From the NCBI GenBank assembly GCA_041650495.1, contig JBAZLB010000008.1:4218-68217 (forward strand): a stretch of DNA of 64,000 nt, written 5' to 3'. The position numbers and the translations under genes are program-made. This document shows, piece by piece, positions 1 to 7,998 of the stretch (positions are counted from its first letter, which is position 1; each line of letters begins with the position of its first letter). Under the pieces are notes generated by a model, which saw nothing but the letters and a program-made list of their open reading frames with translations, did not search any database and had not been told where the DNA came from. This DNA is from Candidatus Omnitrophota bacterium (GTDB taxonomy: Bacteria > Omnitrophota > Gorgyraeia > Gygaellales > Profunditerraquicolaceae).

Positions 1-75
1 CTGGAGGTAACTTTTCTTATCTGCCTGGGGGTTTTCTTTTATTCCTCCCGTTTTCATAAAACAGACAGCAGACTT

Positions 76-720
76 TTGGAAAGACCTGGCTTGATAAGCA
101 GCCAGCTGCGGCTGTTCGACCCGGAAATCGAAAGAGGGCTCATAGCCTATTTAATCAAGAGGCTCGATATACACGAAGGCATATTTGAGATCATAGATGT
201 GGTAAACATGGATACGCACGGGATATCGGGGGTTGACTATATATTAGTTACCCTCAAGGTGCCCGGAGGCAAGATCTGCCAGGTGACCATGTCAAAGAAA
301 TCTTCTCCTTGGGCAAGATGGGAGATAGACCAGTCAAGCTTCAGCGCTGTTGAACTTCCAAAACAAAATATTGTTTCTGCATCAGAAAAGGACAGTACAG
401 AATTGGTGTATGACATAGATGCCTCTCCCAAGCAATTACAGGAATATTACGCTACTCATCCTGATACGGTAGAAAAAGTAGGATTAGCCTTTTTTGACGA
501 AAAGACAGGTAAATACATCCTGTCTTTTGGCAGTGATGGGGCAGCGCCTAGAAGCGTAAACTTAAGCCTCGAACCCGGCAAAGGAAAGATAATCAAATTT
601 GTGCCCTATATGTCTTCTTCGACAGGGAGCGCTTCGTATTGGAAGGTGGATTATCCTTCTGAATATTCCGGGCCGGGTTACCGTTCTTATCTTTACCGCA
701 AGATAAAAGGCAGCGAATAG
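76..720 (+). CDS. Hypothetical protein, 214 aa in the ORF track from a TTG codon. The real start is uncertain and no recognisable domain is visible.
   Basis: The open frame runs uninterrupted with normal codon usage. It lies 25 nt upstream of the EF-G fusion gene and is co-oriented with it. Confidence 0.4.
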   Translation: MERPGLISSQLRLFDPEIERGLIAYLIKRLDIHEGIFEIIDVVNMDTHGISGVDYILVTLKVPGGKICQVTMSKKSSPWARWEIDQSSFSAVELPKQNIVSASEKDSTELVYDIDASPKQLQEYYATHPDTVEKVGLAFFDEKTGKYILSFGSDGAAPRSVNLSLEPGKGKIIKFVPYMSSSTGSASYWKVDYPSEYSGPGYRSYLYRKIKGSE

Positions 721-745
721 GAACAGATAAGCTATAGAGGATCAT

Positions 746-3700
746 ATGGAAATGTTATTTTGGGGGATCTTTGCCGGGGTAATAGGGCTGACTTTATACG
801 CCATTTCTATGTCAAAGGGCTCATCCGGCAGGCAGAAAAAGCCGAAGAAAGAATTTATTCCTCTCAAGGACCAGGCTGTTTCTTTTAAGGACCAGAAGAT
901 TCAGGATATGCATAAACAGATGGGTAGTTATCAGGAGGAGTTAAAAAGGATAAAAGCAGAATGCGCCGTCTTACAACAAGAGGCCCAGAGGTCCAAGAAA
1001 GAGGGCGCCTCCTTAAAAGAAGAGCTGGATAAGCGCCAGGAGTGGGTTGCTAAAAGCGATGAGGCCGTAAAGAGAATTAAAGAGCAGAACTTGGATTTCG
1101 AGAGGCGTTTGGCTAATAAAGAAAAAGAGATACAGCAGGAATTCTCTAAGAATGTAGATTTAAGCCGGCAGATAAGCGAATTAAACGACAAACTGCAGGG
1201 TATAGAGAATGAGGGTAAGCAGAAAACCGCGGATATTGAAATACTCAAACACCAGGTAGAGAGGAATTTAAAAGAAATCCAGGAGAAAACAAAAGAAGCA
1301 AATTCTTATGCCAAAGAAATTGCGGATATGAAACGAGAGCATGAGCAGAGCGAATGGGTCCCTAAGAAGGAATTTAATAAGCTCAATGAAGAATACAGTG
1401 AATTAGAGTCAGAATTAGAAGCAAGAGATGAGAAAATAAGGGTACTATTTGAAGAGTTGGCGCAGTTGCGCAGCCAACTTAAGCCTAAAGAAGCAGCGGG
1501 GCCTGAGAAGCCCGGGGAAGAGGCCCATCCCGTTGAGGAAATAAAGCAACCCGGTGATATGCAGCAGTCTCTTCCTGTGGAACCTGATAAGGCTATTGAG
1601 GAGCCAAAACCTATTGAGCAGGAAATCCATCCTGCGGAAATACAAGAGTCCCCTCCTACGGAAGCAGAGAAGCCTGTTTTAGAATCCCTTCCTTTAGAGG
1701 CGGAAACTCCTCCTGCCGATATCCGGCAGCTTCCTGTTGAAGAAAGCAAAGAGCCTGTTGAGGGACCTCATGATTCTCAAATAAAAGCACCTATGGCAGA
1801 AGAAGTCCCTGCTAGCCAGGTTAAAGACGAAGGCCAGATACAGGCCGAAGCGGCGGATAACAAGGTTTCAGAAGAAACAAAAGAACAGCAGGTCTCCGGG
1901 CAGCCGGTTGCCGATATCAACCTGGAAAAATCAAGGAATATCGGCATTATGGCGCATATTGATGCCGGAAAGACTACCACTACCGAAAGGATTCTTTTTT
2001 ATACCGGAAAGTCGCATAAGATAGGCGAGGTCCATGACGGCAAGGCCCAGATGGACTGGATGAAGCAGGAACAGGAAAGGGGCATTACTATTACCTCTGC
2101 GGCAACCACTTGTTATTGGAATGGGTATAAGATCAATATTATTGATACGCCTGGGCATGTGGATTTTACCGCAGAGGTAGAACGCAGCTTAAGGGTGCTC
2201 GATGGCGCAGTGGCTTTATTCTGTGCTGTAGGCGGGGTAGAACCTCAATCTGAAACGGTATGGCGCCAATCCAATAAATACAATGTCCCCAAGCTGGTCT
2301 TTGTTAATAAGATGGACCGTACAGGCGCGGATTTCTTTGCTGTAATAAAAGGCATACAGGAAGACCTGGAGGCAAATGTTATCCCCCTGGAAATCCCCAT
2401 TGGAAGCGAGGATAATTTTCGAGGGGTAATTGATCTTATTGAGATGAAGGCATATGTATACCTGGATGATACACAGGGCAAAGATTATAAGATAGAAGAT
2501 ATACCTGAGGAGCTCAAGAAAACATCCGAGGAATACCATCATATTATGGTTGAAAGGGCAGTAGCCTTTGATGATGAATTAATGAAAAAATACCTGGAAT
2601 CACCGGATTCTATTACAGTGGATGAATTAAAAGCGGTTATCCGCCGCGGTACCATCGCCAATAAAATGGTCCCTGTCTTATGCGGCGCTTCTTTTAAGAA
2701 TAAAGGCGTGCAGAAGCTATTGGATGCAATAATATTATATTTGCCTTCTCCTTTGGACCTTCCGCCTGTTGAGGGAAGCGATCCTGAGGATGCCGAAAAA
2801 ATTATACCCAGGAAAACCGATGCCAGCGAGCCGTTTTGCGGCCTGGCCTTTAAGGTCCAGAGTGACCCGCATATGGGAAAACTGGTGTATGTCAGGGTTT
2901 ATTCCGGAGTATTACAGACCGGGTCCTATGTGCTGAATACGCGTAAAAACAAGAAAGAAAGGATAGGAAGGATCCTGAGGATGCATGCCAACCAGAGGGA
3001 AAATATAGATAATGCCTTTGCCGGAGATATCGTGGCTTTAATAGGCATGAGCCATACTATTACCGGAGATACGCTTTGTGACCCTGAGCACCCGATATTG
3101 CTTGAGGCTATACAGTTTCCTACTCCGGTGGTTTCTTTAAGTGTGGCGCCTAAAAGCAGGGGGGATCAGGATAAGCTCGGCAAAGGTTTAGCCAAATTGG
3201 CAGAGGAGGACCCCACTTTCCTAGTGCAAACAGATGAGGAGACCAAGGAGACTATACTGACCGGGATGGGAGAGTTACACCTGGAAATCATCGTAGACAG
3301 GCTGAAGACGGAATTCGGGGTAGAGGCGATAGTGGGTAAGCCTAAGGTCGCTTATCGGGAGACTATAACGAAGTCGGCAAAGGCAGAAGGTAAATACATA
3401 AAGCAGTCAGGCGGCAGGGGCCAATATGGCCATGTAGTATTTGAGATCTCGCCGGCTGAGGCAGGCAAGGGCCTGGTATTTATAGACAGCATAAAAGGAG
3501 GGGCAATACCACGCTCCTTTATCCCCGCAGCAGAGAAGGGGGTCATTGAAGCAATGCAAAAGGGGGTTTATGCGGGTTATCCTATCGTAGACGTGCAGGT
3601 AGACCTCATAGACGGCTCTTATCATGAAGTTGATTCATCGGAATTGGCCTTTAAGATGGCTGCTATATTAGGTTTTAAAGATGGCTTCATGCAGGCAAAT

Positions 3701-3997
3701 CCCATACTCCTGGAGCCAACCATGTCTTTAGTGGCGATTACTCCCGAGGAATACGTAAACAGCGTTATCGGATATATCTGCTCCTGCCGGGGTAAGATTC
3801 TCAATATGGAGACGAAGGGAAAACAGAAGATAGTTTCTGCGGAAGCGCCTCTGGCTGAGATGTTTGGCTATGCTACAAATTTCCGTTCTTTAAGCAGCGG
3901 CAGGGCAAACGCCTCAATGGAATTCTCCAAATATACCCAGGTGCCTTCGGAGATCGTAGCAAAGGTTCAGGCGGAGAGAAGTCAGAAAGAAAGATAA
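746..3997 (+). CDS. Elongation factor G family translational GTPase with an N-terminal extension of about 390 aa. The extension carries a TM signal-anchor helix, a coiled coil and a Pro/Glu-rich linker.
   Basis: The EF-G part carries the G1 motif '[15 protein letters not shown]', G3 'DTPGHVDF' and G4 'NKMDR', plus domain IV '[10 protein letters not shown]'. Its C-terminus '[18 protein letters not shown]' is that of a complete EF-G spanning about aa 395-1083. The N-terminus reads '[22 protein letters not shown]' (hydrophobic helix), then about 200 aa of heptad-like E/K/Q-rich sequence, then a P/E-rich low-complexity stretch. There is no in-frame stop across the whole ORF and the SD 'AGAGGA' sits 6 nt before the ATG at 746. 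Confidence 0.8.
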   Translation: MEMLFWGIFAGVIGLTLYAISMSKGSSGRQKKPKKEFIPLKDQAVSFKDQKIQDMHKQMGSYQEELKRIKAECAVLQQEAQRSKKEGASLKEELDKRQEWVAKSDEAVKRIKEQNLDFERRLANKEKEIQQEFSKNVDLSRQISELNDKLQGIENEGKQKTADIEILKHQVERNLKEIQEKTKEANSYAKEIADMKREHEQSEWVPKKEFNKLNEEYSELESELEARDEKIRVLFEELAQLRSQLKPKEAAGPEKPGEEAHPVEEIKQPGDMQQSLPVEPDKAIEEPKPIEQEIHPAEIQESPPTEAEKPVLESLPLEAETPPADIRQLPVEESKEPVEGPHDSQIKAPMAEEVPASQVKDEGQIQAEAADNKVSEETKEQQVSGQPVADINLEKSRNIGIMAHIDAGKTTTTERILFYTGKSHKIGEVHDGKAQMDWMKQEQERGITITSAATTCYWNGYKINIIDTPGHVDFTAEVERSLRVLDGAVALFCAVGGVEPQSETVWRQSNKYNVPKLVFVNKMDRTGADFFAVIKGIQEDLEANVIPLEIPIGSEDNFRGVIDLIEMKAYVYLDDTQGKDYKIEDIPEELKKTSEEYHHIMVERAVAFDDELMKKYLESPDSITVDELKAVIRRGTIANKMVPVLCGASFKNKGVQKLLDAIILYLPSPLDLPPVEGSDPEDAEKIIPRKTDASEPFCGLAFKVQSDPHMGKLVYVRVYSGVLQTGSYVLNTRKNKKERIGRILRMHANQRENIDNAFAGDIVALIGMSHTITGDTLCDPEHPILLEAIQFPTPVVSLSVAPKSRGDQDKLGKGLAKLAEEDPTFLVQTDEETKETILTGMGELHLEIIVDRLKTEFGVEAIVGKPKVAYRETITKSAKAEGKYIKQSGGRGQYGHVVFEISPAEAGKGLVFIDSIKGGAIPRSFIPAAEKGVIEAMQKGVYAGYPIVDVQVDLIDGSYHEVDSSELAFKMAAILGFKDGFMQANPILLEPTMSLVAITPEEYVNSVIGYICSCRGKILNMETKGKQKIVSAEAPLAEMFGYATNFRSLSSGRANASMEFSKYTQVPSEIVAKVQAERSQKER

Positions 3998-4027
3998 CGC
4001 CTTATCCCTCAAGGCATCATCCTCGTT

Positions 4028-4315
4028 TTATTTCTTTTCTAATGTGGTAAAACGCCAGCCTAAAGAAAAATAACAGCAGAGTGTTGCCATAATGGTAAGG
4101 CTACCTATCAGGTTCGGCCGGAAATTGAAGTATTTTATCAGTATGATCCCACCGATAAATAACAATATAAAAAAGGAAAGGAACCACGCGTAGAAATCCC
4201 TGTCTTTGACCAGGAGTTTAGAATTGCATTGGGTGCATCTTATAAATGACCATCCGCCGTTACAGAAGAATTCGTAAGGTGAAATATCTTTCCTGCATTT
4301 AGGGCATTTAGCCAT
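4028..4315 (-). CDS. Small zinc-ribbon membrane protein (two CxxC pairs plus two predicted TM helices), hypothetical.
   Basis: The N-terminus 'CPKC...CTQC' is followed by hydrophobic segments 'FLSFFILLFIGGIILI' and 'LIGSLTIMATLCCYF'. It is convergent with the EF-G gene. Confidence 0.4.
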   Translation of the reverse strand: MAKCPKCRKDISPYEFFCNGGWSFIRCTQCNSKLLVKDRDFYAWFLSFFILLFIGGIILIKYFNFRPNLIGSLTIMATLCCYFSLGWRFTTLEKK

Positions 4316-4475
4316 GTATTCTCCTTATTTATGTTTTTTTTAATTGAGTGAAAGCATATCATATTATGGCTATTCCATCAAGAGAAAAATAAATAATTGA
4401 TGTTACTATTTTGAAATGTTAAGTTTTACGGCAGCTTCTTATAAGTAGGGATATACTTAGGCAGTAATATATGGC

Positions 4476-5558
4476 TTATATTTCCAGGAGCCTTGCGGAG
4501 TAGGCATTGAGCAGGTCTTTGTATTTTTTATTGATGCGGCAAGGAGCTAAAATAGCATATGATTTGCGCAACAATCTTTTTATCTCTGCCCGGGCATAAT
4601 CCAGCGCGCCGGAATCATCTACGATCTTACGCATCGCCAACAGGTCTTTTTTCTTGGTATCTTTCTTGGCAAATATTCTTTTTATTATTTTTCTGTCGCC
4701 AAGACAGGCTTTGCGGTAAGCCTGCCAAATCAGTATAGTCTTTTTGCCTTCTTTGAGGTCGGCGAGCATAGGTTTACCCGTTTCTTCTTCGTTGCTAAAC
4801 ATCCCTATGATATCGTCTTTTATCTGGAAGGCCCTGCCCAGGCACATGCCGTAGCGGGAAATCCTGTCTATATCTTCTCTGCCTGCCCCGGCAAGGATTG
4901 CTCCCGTGGCAAGGGGCGAGGCAAAGGTATAATGCGCTGTCTTAAGGTCATAGATTTTAACCAGGTCTTTTTTCTTTATATCTCTGATGTCTTTTGTGCT
5001 GTAAAGCAGGAGTTCAATGAATTCGCCGCTGCCCGTATAAACCGCCGCCCGGATAAAATTCTTCAAGGCCTCTTCTTTACGCTTTGCCTCTGTTTCTATT
5101 GATAAAAACGCTTCTATGGCCATAGCGTACATTACATCTCCGGCAGCGATAGCCAGGTCCTGGCCGTTAAATTTGATATTCTTATATCTTTTTAGGTAGT
5201 TATTAAGCATACGGTGCATCGACGGCTTGCCTCTCCTTAGTTCCGATTTATCTATAATGTCATCGTGGACGAGCATAAAATCATGCAGGAGCTCTAAGGA
5301 GATAGCGCTTTTAAATAAACCCCTGGCCGGATTCTTAGCAAAACCAAGGTATCCTATGATAAAAAGTATGGGCCTGACCCGCTTGCCTTTTCTAAGAATA
5401 AAATCTTTTATATGCAGGAACAGGACAGGGGATAGCCGGCTAAGGGAGTAGCTTTTATTGATATCGCCGACAAACTTGTGCAGTTCCTTATCCAGCTTAT
5501 TTTTGATTTTAGTAAACATAATTTTATGATAACATATAAAGAAGCCAAACACAAACAT
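4476..5558 (-). CDS. Polyprenyl diphosphate synthase (trans-isoprenyl diphosphate synthase family, ispB/hepT-like). The start may instead be the internal Met at 5519.
   Basis: The first aspartate-rich motif is 'LVHDDIIDKSELRRGKPS' and the second is 'FQIKDDIIG'. Confidence 0.8.
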   Translation of the reverse strand: MFVFGFFICYHKIMFTKIKNKLDKELHKFVGDINKSYSLSRLSPVLFLHIKDFILRKGKRVRPILFIIGYLGFAKNPARGLFKSAISLELLHDFMLVHDDIIDKSELRRGKPSMHRMLNNYLKRYKNIKFNGQDLAIAAGDVMYAMAIEAFLSIETEAKRKEEALKNFIRAAVYTGSGEFIELLLYSTKDIRDIKKKDLVKIYDLKTAHYTFASPLATGAILAGAGREDIDRISRYGMCLGRAFQIKDDIIGMFSNEEETGKPMLADLKEGKKTILIWQAYRKACLGDRKIIKRIFAKKDTKKKDLLAMRKIVDDSGALDYARAEIKRLLRKSYAILAPCRINKKYKDLLNAYSARLLEI

Positions 5559-5582
5559 AATAGAACTAAAGCAGGGGCAGTT

Positions 5583-6482
5583 ATGTTGTGTAAGAAAGGT
5601 TATCTTATCAGGGCATTAAGGCTGCCTTTTTTAAGTGTCAGCATCCTGCCTTTCATTTTTGGCTCTTTTCTGTGCGGGGATATTTTCCTTTTGCTGCCTT
5701 TTTTCTTAGGGATAATTTCCGTTATCTCGACACACCTGGCTGCTAACTTGTTGAACGATTACGCGGATTCTAAGAGCGGGGCAGACTGGCAGGACAATAA
5801 TTTCTATAGTTTCTTCGGCGGCTCGAAACTCATACAGGAAGGCGTATTCTCCGAGGGGTTCTATCTTAAGGCATCGCTTATTTTTTTTCTCATCGCTTTT
5901 TTATCGACCGTTTCCCTGGCAGCTGCCTTAGGCGAGCCTTCACTCCTGTTTTATTTCTCCGGCATAATCTTTCTGGGGTGGGCTTATTCTTGTTTGCCTT
6001 TTCGGCTATCCTACCGCCGGCTGGGTGAATTGGTAATCTTCTTGCTTTTTGGCCCGGCACTGGTTATGGGAGGGTATTTTATTCAAAACAAGATATTCCC
6101 GGATTTAAAGAGTTTTTTGCTTTCCCTGCCTTTCGGTTTCTTTACCACCGCCATATTATTTGCCAACGAAATCCCGGATTATCCCGATGATAGGAAAACA
6201 GGCAAGATGAACTGGGTCTCTGTTTTGGGGCCAAAGAATTCCTTTTTGCTGTATATAATCTTATTAGCCTTGGGGTATCTATCAATTATACTGGGGGTTG
6301 TTTTCGGGTACCTGGGTAACTTTGCACTTTTATCGCTGGTATTGGTTTTCCCGGGGATGAAGGCGGCGGGCATCCTCAGGGATCATGCAGGGGGTAAGAT
6401 CAGGTTCAGGGAATCCTCTAAACTTACTATATTGCTGCATACGATGGCGGGCATTATCTTAATCTTAAGCCTTTTTCTATGA
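5583..6482 (+). CDS. menA: UbiA-family prenyltransferase, MenA-like (1,4-dihydroxy-2-naphthoate polyprenyltransferase).
   Basis: The motif 'NLLNDYADSKSGADW' matches the UbiA/MenA NDxxDxxxD signature in a multi-TM protein. The track ORF at 5478 starts on GTG and overlaps the divergent gene, so the ATG at 5583 is preferred. Confidence 0.65.
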   Translation: MLCKKGYLIRALRLPFLSVSILPFIFGSFLCGDIFLLLPFFLGIISVISTHLAANLLNDYADSKSGADWQDNNFYSFFGGSKLIQEGVFSEGFYLKASLIFFLIAFLSTVSLAAALGEPSLLFYFSGIIFLGWAYSCLPFRLSYRRLGELVIFLLFGPALVMGGYFIQNKIFPDLKSFLLSLPFGFFTTAILFANEIPDYPDDRKTGKMNWVSVLGPKNSFLLYIILLALGYLSIILGVVFGYLGNFALLSLVLVFPGMKAAGILRDHAGGKIRFRESSKLTILLHTMAGIILILSLFL

Positions 6483-7609
6483 AAAAGATAATCATTATAG
6501 GCGCAGGTATAGCCGGTATTACTGCCCTGATGACACTGCGCAGGTTCCGCGGCGACTTAGACGTTACGTTAATAGATAGAAATACAGAATCCAGCTTTCT
6601 TCCTCTGCTTCCCGATGTTATCGGCAGGGGGATAAAGCCCTTATACCTTGATTGCGATTTTAGACAAATATGCCGGGAGGCGGGGTTTAAGTTCGTGCAT
6701 TCCGCCGTATCTTCGTTAAATTTAGATAAAAGAGAGGTCATTACCGATTCAGGTATTTTTACCTATGATTATGTTCTTATTGCCAGCGGCAGCGAAACTA
6801 ACTTTTACGGAAATGACCGGATAAAGGAGGCTTCTTTTAAGCTGGATGATAGTAGAGATGCCCGGGTAATATCTGAGGCCTTAGGGCGGGGGAATCTTGC
6901 TTGCTGTTTAGTTGTCGGGGGAGGATATACCGGCATTGAGACAGCTTCTAATCTTTACAGGTATTTTACGCGCAGGCAGGAAAAGATAAAGATATTTATT
7001 GTTGAGCGTGCCTCTTCTATTTTAGGGCCGCTGCCGGAATGGATGAAGGGTTATGTTTTGGCCAGCCTAAAAAATATGGGAATTGAGGTATTGACCGGGG
7101 CTACTATAGTAAAATTAGAGAAAGCAAGCGTATATCTTAGCAACGGCAGTATCTTTAGAAACGCTATGGTTATCTGGGCTGCGGGGGTAAAAACCTCCGG
7201 CTATCTTGACAGCTTAAAGGCGGAAAAGGGCCCCCAGGGCCGGATATTAGTGGATGAATACCTAAGGCTGGATCTCAGCTGTTTTGCCGCAGGGGATGCC
7301 GCTCTTTTTAAGTATAAAGACGGGTATCTGCGTATGGCTGTGCAGTTTGCTATTGCCCAGGGGTCCTCTGCCGCCTTAAACATTGTAAGAAGCATCCGTG
7401 GCAGGAGGATCATAAAATATAAGCCCAGGGATTTAGGGTATATCATTCCTATGGCCAATAACAGGGCTTGCGGCATAATTATGGGCATCGGAGTAAATGG
7501 GCGTTTTCCCCTTATATTACATTATGCTATGTGCCTTTACCGCTTGCGGGGCCTTTATAATAAATGGGGGGTCTTTAAGGACCTTATTTCAGGAGGTGTG
7601 CTATGTTGA
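6479..7609 (+). CDS. FAD/NAD(P)-binding pyridine-nucleotide-disulfide-family oxidoreductase, type II NADH:quinone oxidoreductase-like.
   Basis: Two Rossmann motifs are present, 'IIGAGIAGITA' and 'VVGGGYTGIE', and 'CFAAGDAA' resembles the NDH-2 signature. Its ATG overlaps the stop of the menA-like gene, consistent with translational coupling. Confidence 0.6.
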   Translation: MKKIIIIGAGIAGITALMTLRRFRGDLDVTLIDRNTESSFLPLLPDVIGRGIKPLYLDCDFRQICREAGFKFVHSAVSSLNLDKREVITDSGIFTYDYVLIASGSETNFYGNDRIKEASFKLDDSRDARVISEALGRGNLACCLVVGGGYTGIETASNLYRYFTRRQEKIKIFIVERASSILGPLPEWMKGYVLASLKNMGIEVLTGATIVKLEKASVYLSNGSIFRNAMVIWAAGVKTSGYLDSLKAEKGPQGRILVDEYLRLDLSCFAAGDAALFKYKDGYLRMAVQFAIAQGSSAALNIVRSIRGRRIIKYKPRDLGYIIPMANNRACGIIMGIGVNGRFPLILHYAMCLYRLRGLYNKWGVFKDLISGGVLC

Positions 7610-7998
7610 ATACTGGGCTTCTGGTTTTAAGGTTAGGGTTGGGGGCGATATTTATGGCCCACGGATTACAGAAAGCATTCGGAGTGTTTACCGGGACAGG
7701 CATAAGCGGTTTTTCCAAGATGCTTTCAGGGCTAGGCTTTTATCCTCCGGTGTTTTGGGCATATATCGCTGCTTATGTTGAATTATTAAGCGGTCTGTTT
7801 TTAATCTTTGGCATACTTACGCGCGTCTCCGCCTTTTTCCTGCTTGTACTTATGCTGGTAGCTACAATCAAGGTCCATCTTGCCAAGGGGTTCTTTTTGG
7901 CTAACGGAGGTTTTGAATATAACCTGCTTATTGCCTGCGCCTGCCTTGCCCTTTTGCTGATGGGCGGGGGTCAATTCAGCCTTTTTAAGAGTTTTTAA
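7603..7998 (+). CDS. DoxX-family membrane protein.
   Basis: The sequence 'LLVLRLGLGAIFMAHGLQKAFGVF' is a typical DoxX N-terminus, four TM segments are predicted, and the RBS is 'AGGAGGTG'. Confidence 0.7.
   Translation: MLNTGLLVLRLGLGAIFMAHGLQKAFGVFTGTGISGFSKMLSGLGFYPPVFWAYIAAYVELLSGLFLIFGILTRVSAFFLLVLMLVATIKVHLAKGFFLANGGFEYNLLIACACLALLLMGGGQFSLFKSF

Noticed and set aside
746-1930. The N-terminal coiled-coil/PE-rich region as a separate gene (EzrA/RNase Y-like) upstream of a canonical fusA.
   Set aside because: No in-frame stop codon exists anywhere between 746 and 3997. No ATG, GTG or TTG with an SD is placed where EF-G normally begins, 8-12 aa before '[13 protein letters not shown]'. As sequenced it must be one polypeptide. 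It is kept as a finding rather than split.
931-3804. Numerous 60-150 aa antisense ORFs inside the EF-G fusion gene (e.g. 931..1248 -, 1306..1749 -, 2216..2542 -). Similar antisense ORFs occur inside clpC, radA, metG, lptF and other genes.
   Set aside because: They are fully embedded opposite long, well-supported coding regions. They have low-complexity or Ser/Cys/Leu-rich translations, no RBS and no homology signal. This is the typical shadow-ORF artefact.
3998-4045. Hairpin 'GCCTTATCCCTCAAGGC' followed by T-rich sequence after the EF-G stop, as a bidirectional terminator.
   Set aside because: The stem is only 5 bp with a 7-nt loop, and the T-run is separated from it by about 10 nt. It is too weak to call without folding energies.
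5478-5582. The upstream GTG start of the menA-like ORF (track start 5478) overlaps the divergent polyprenyl synthase by 80 nt.
   Set aside because: The N-terminal 35 aa translated from the GTG are not membrane-protein-like. The ATG at 5583 has a plausible SD and starts exactly at the first TM segment. The divergent gene needs this DNA for its own N-terminus and promoter.
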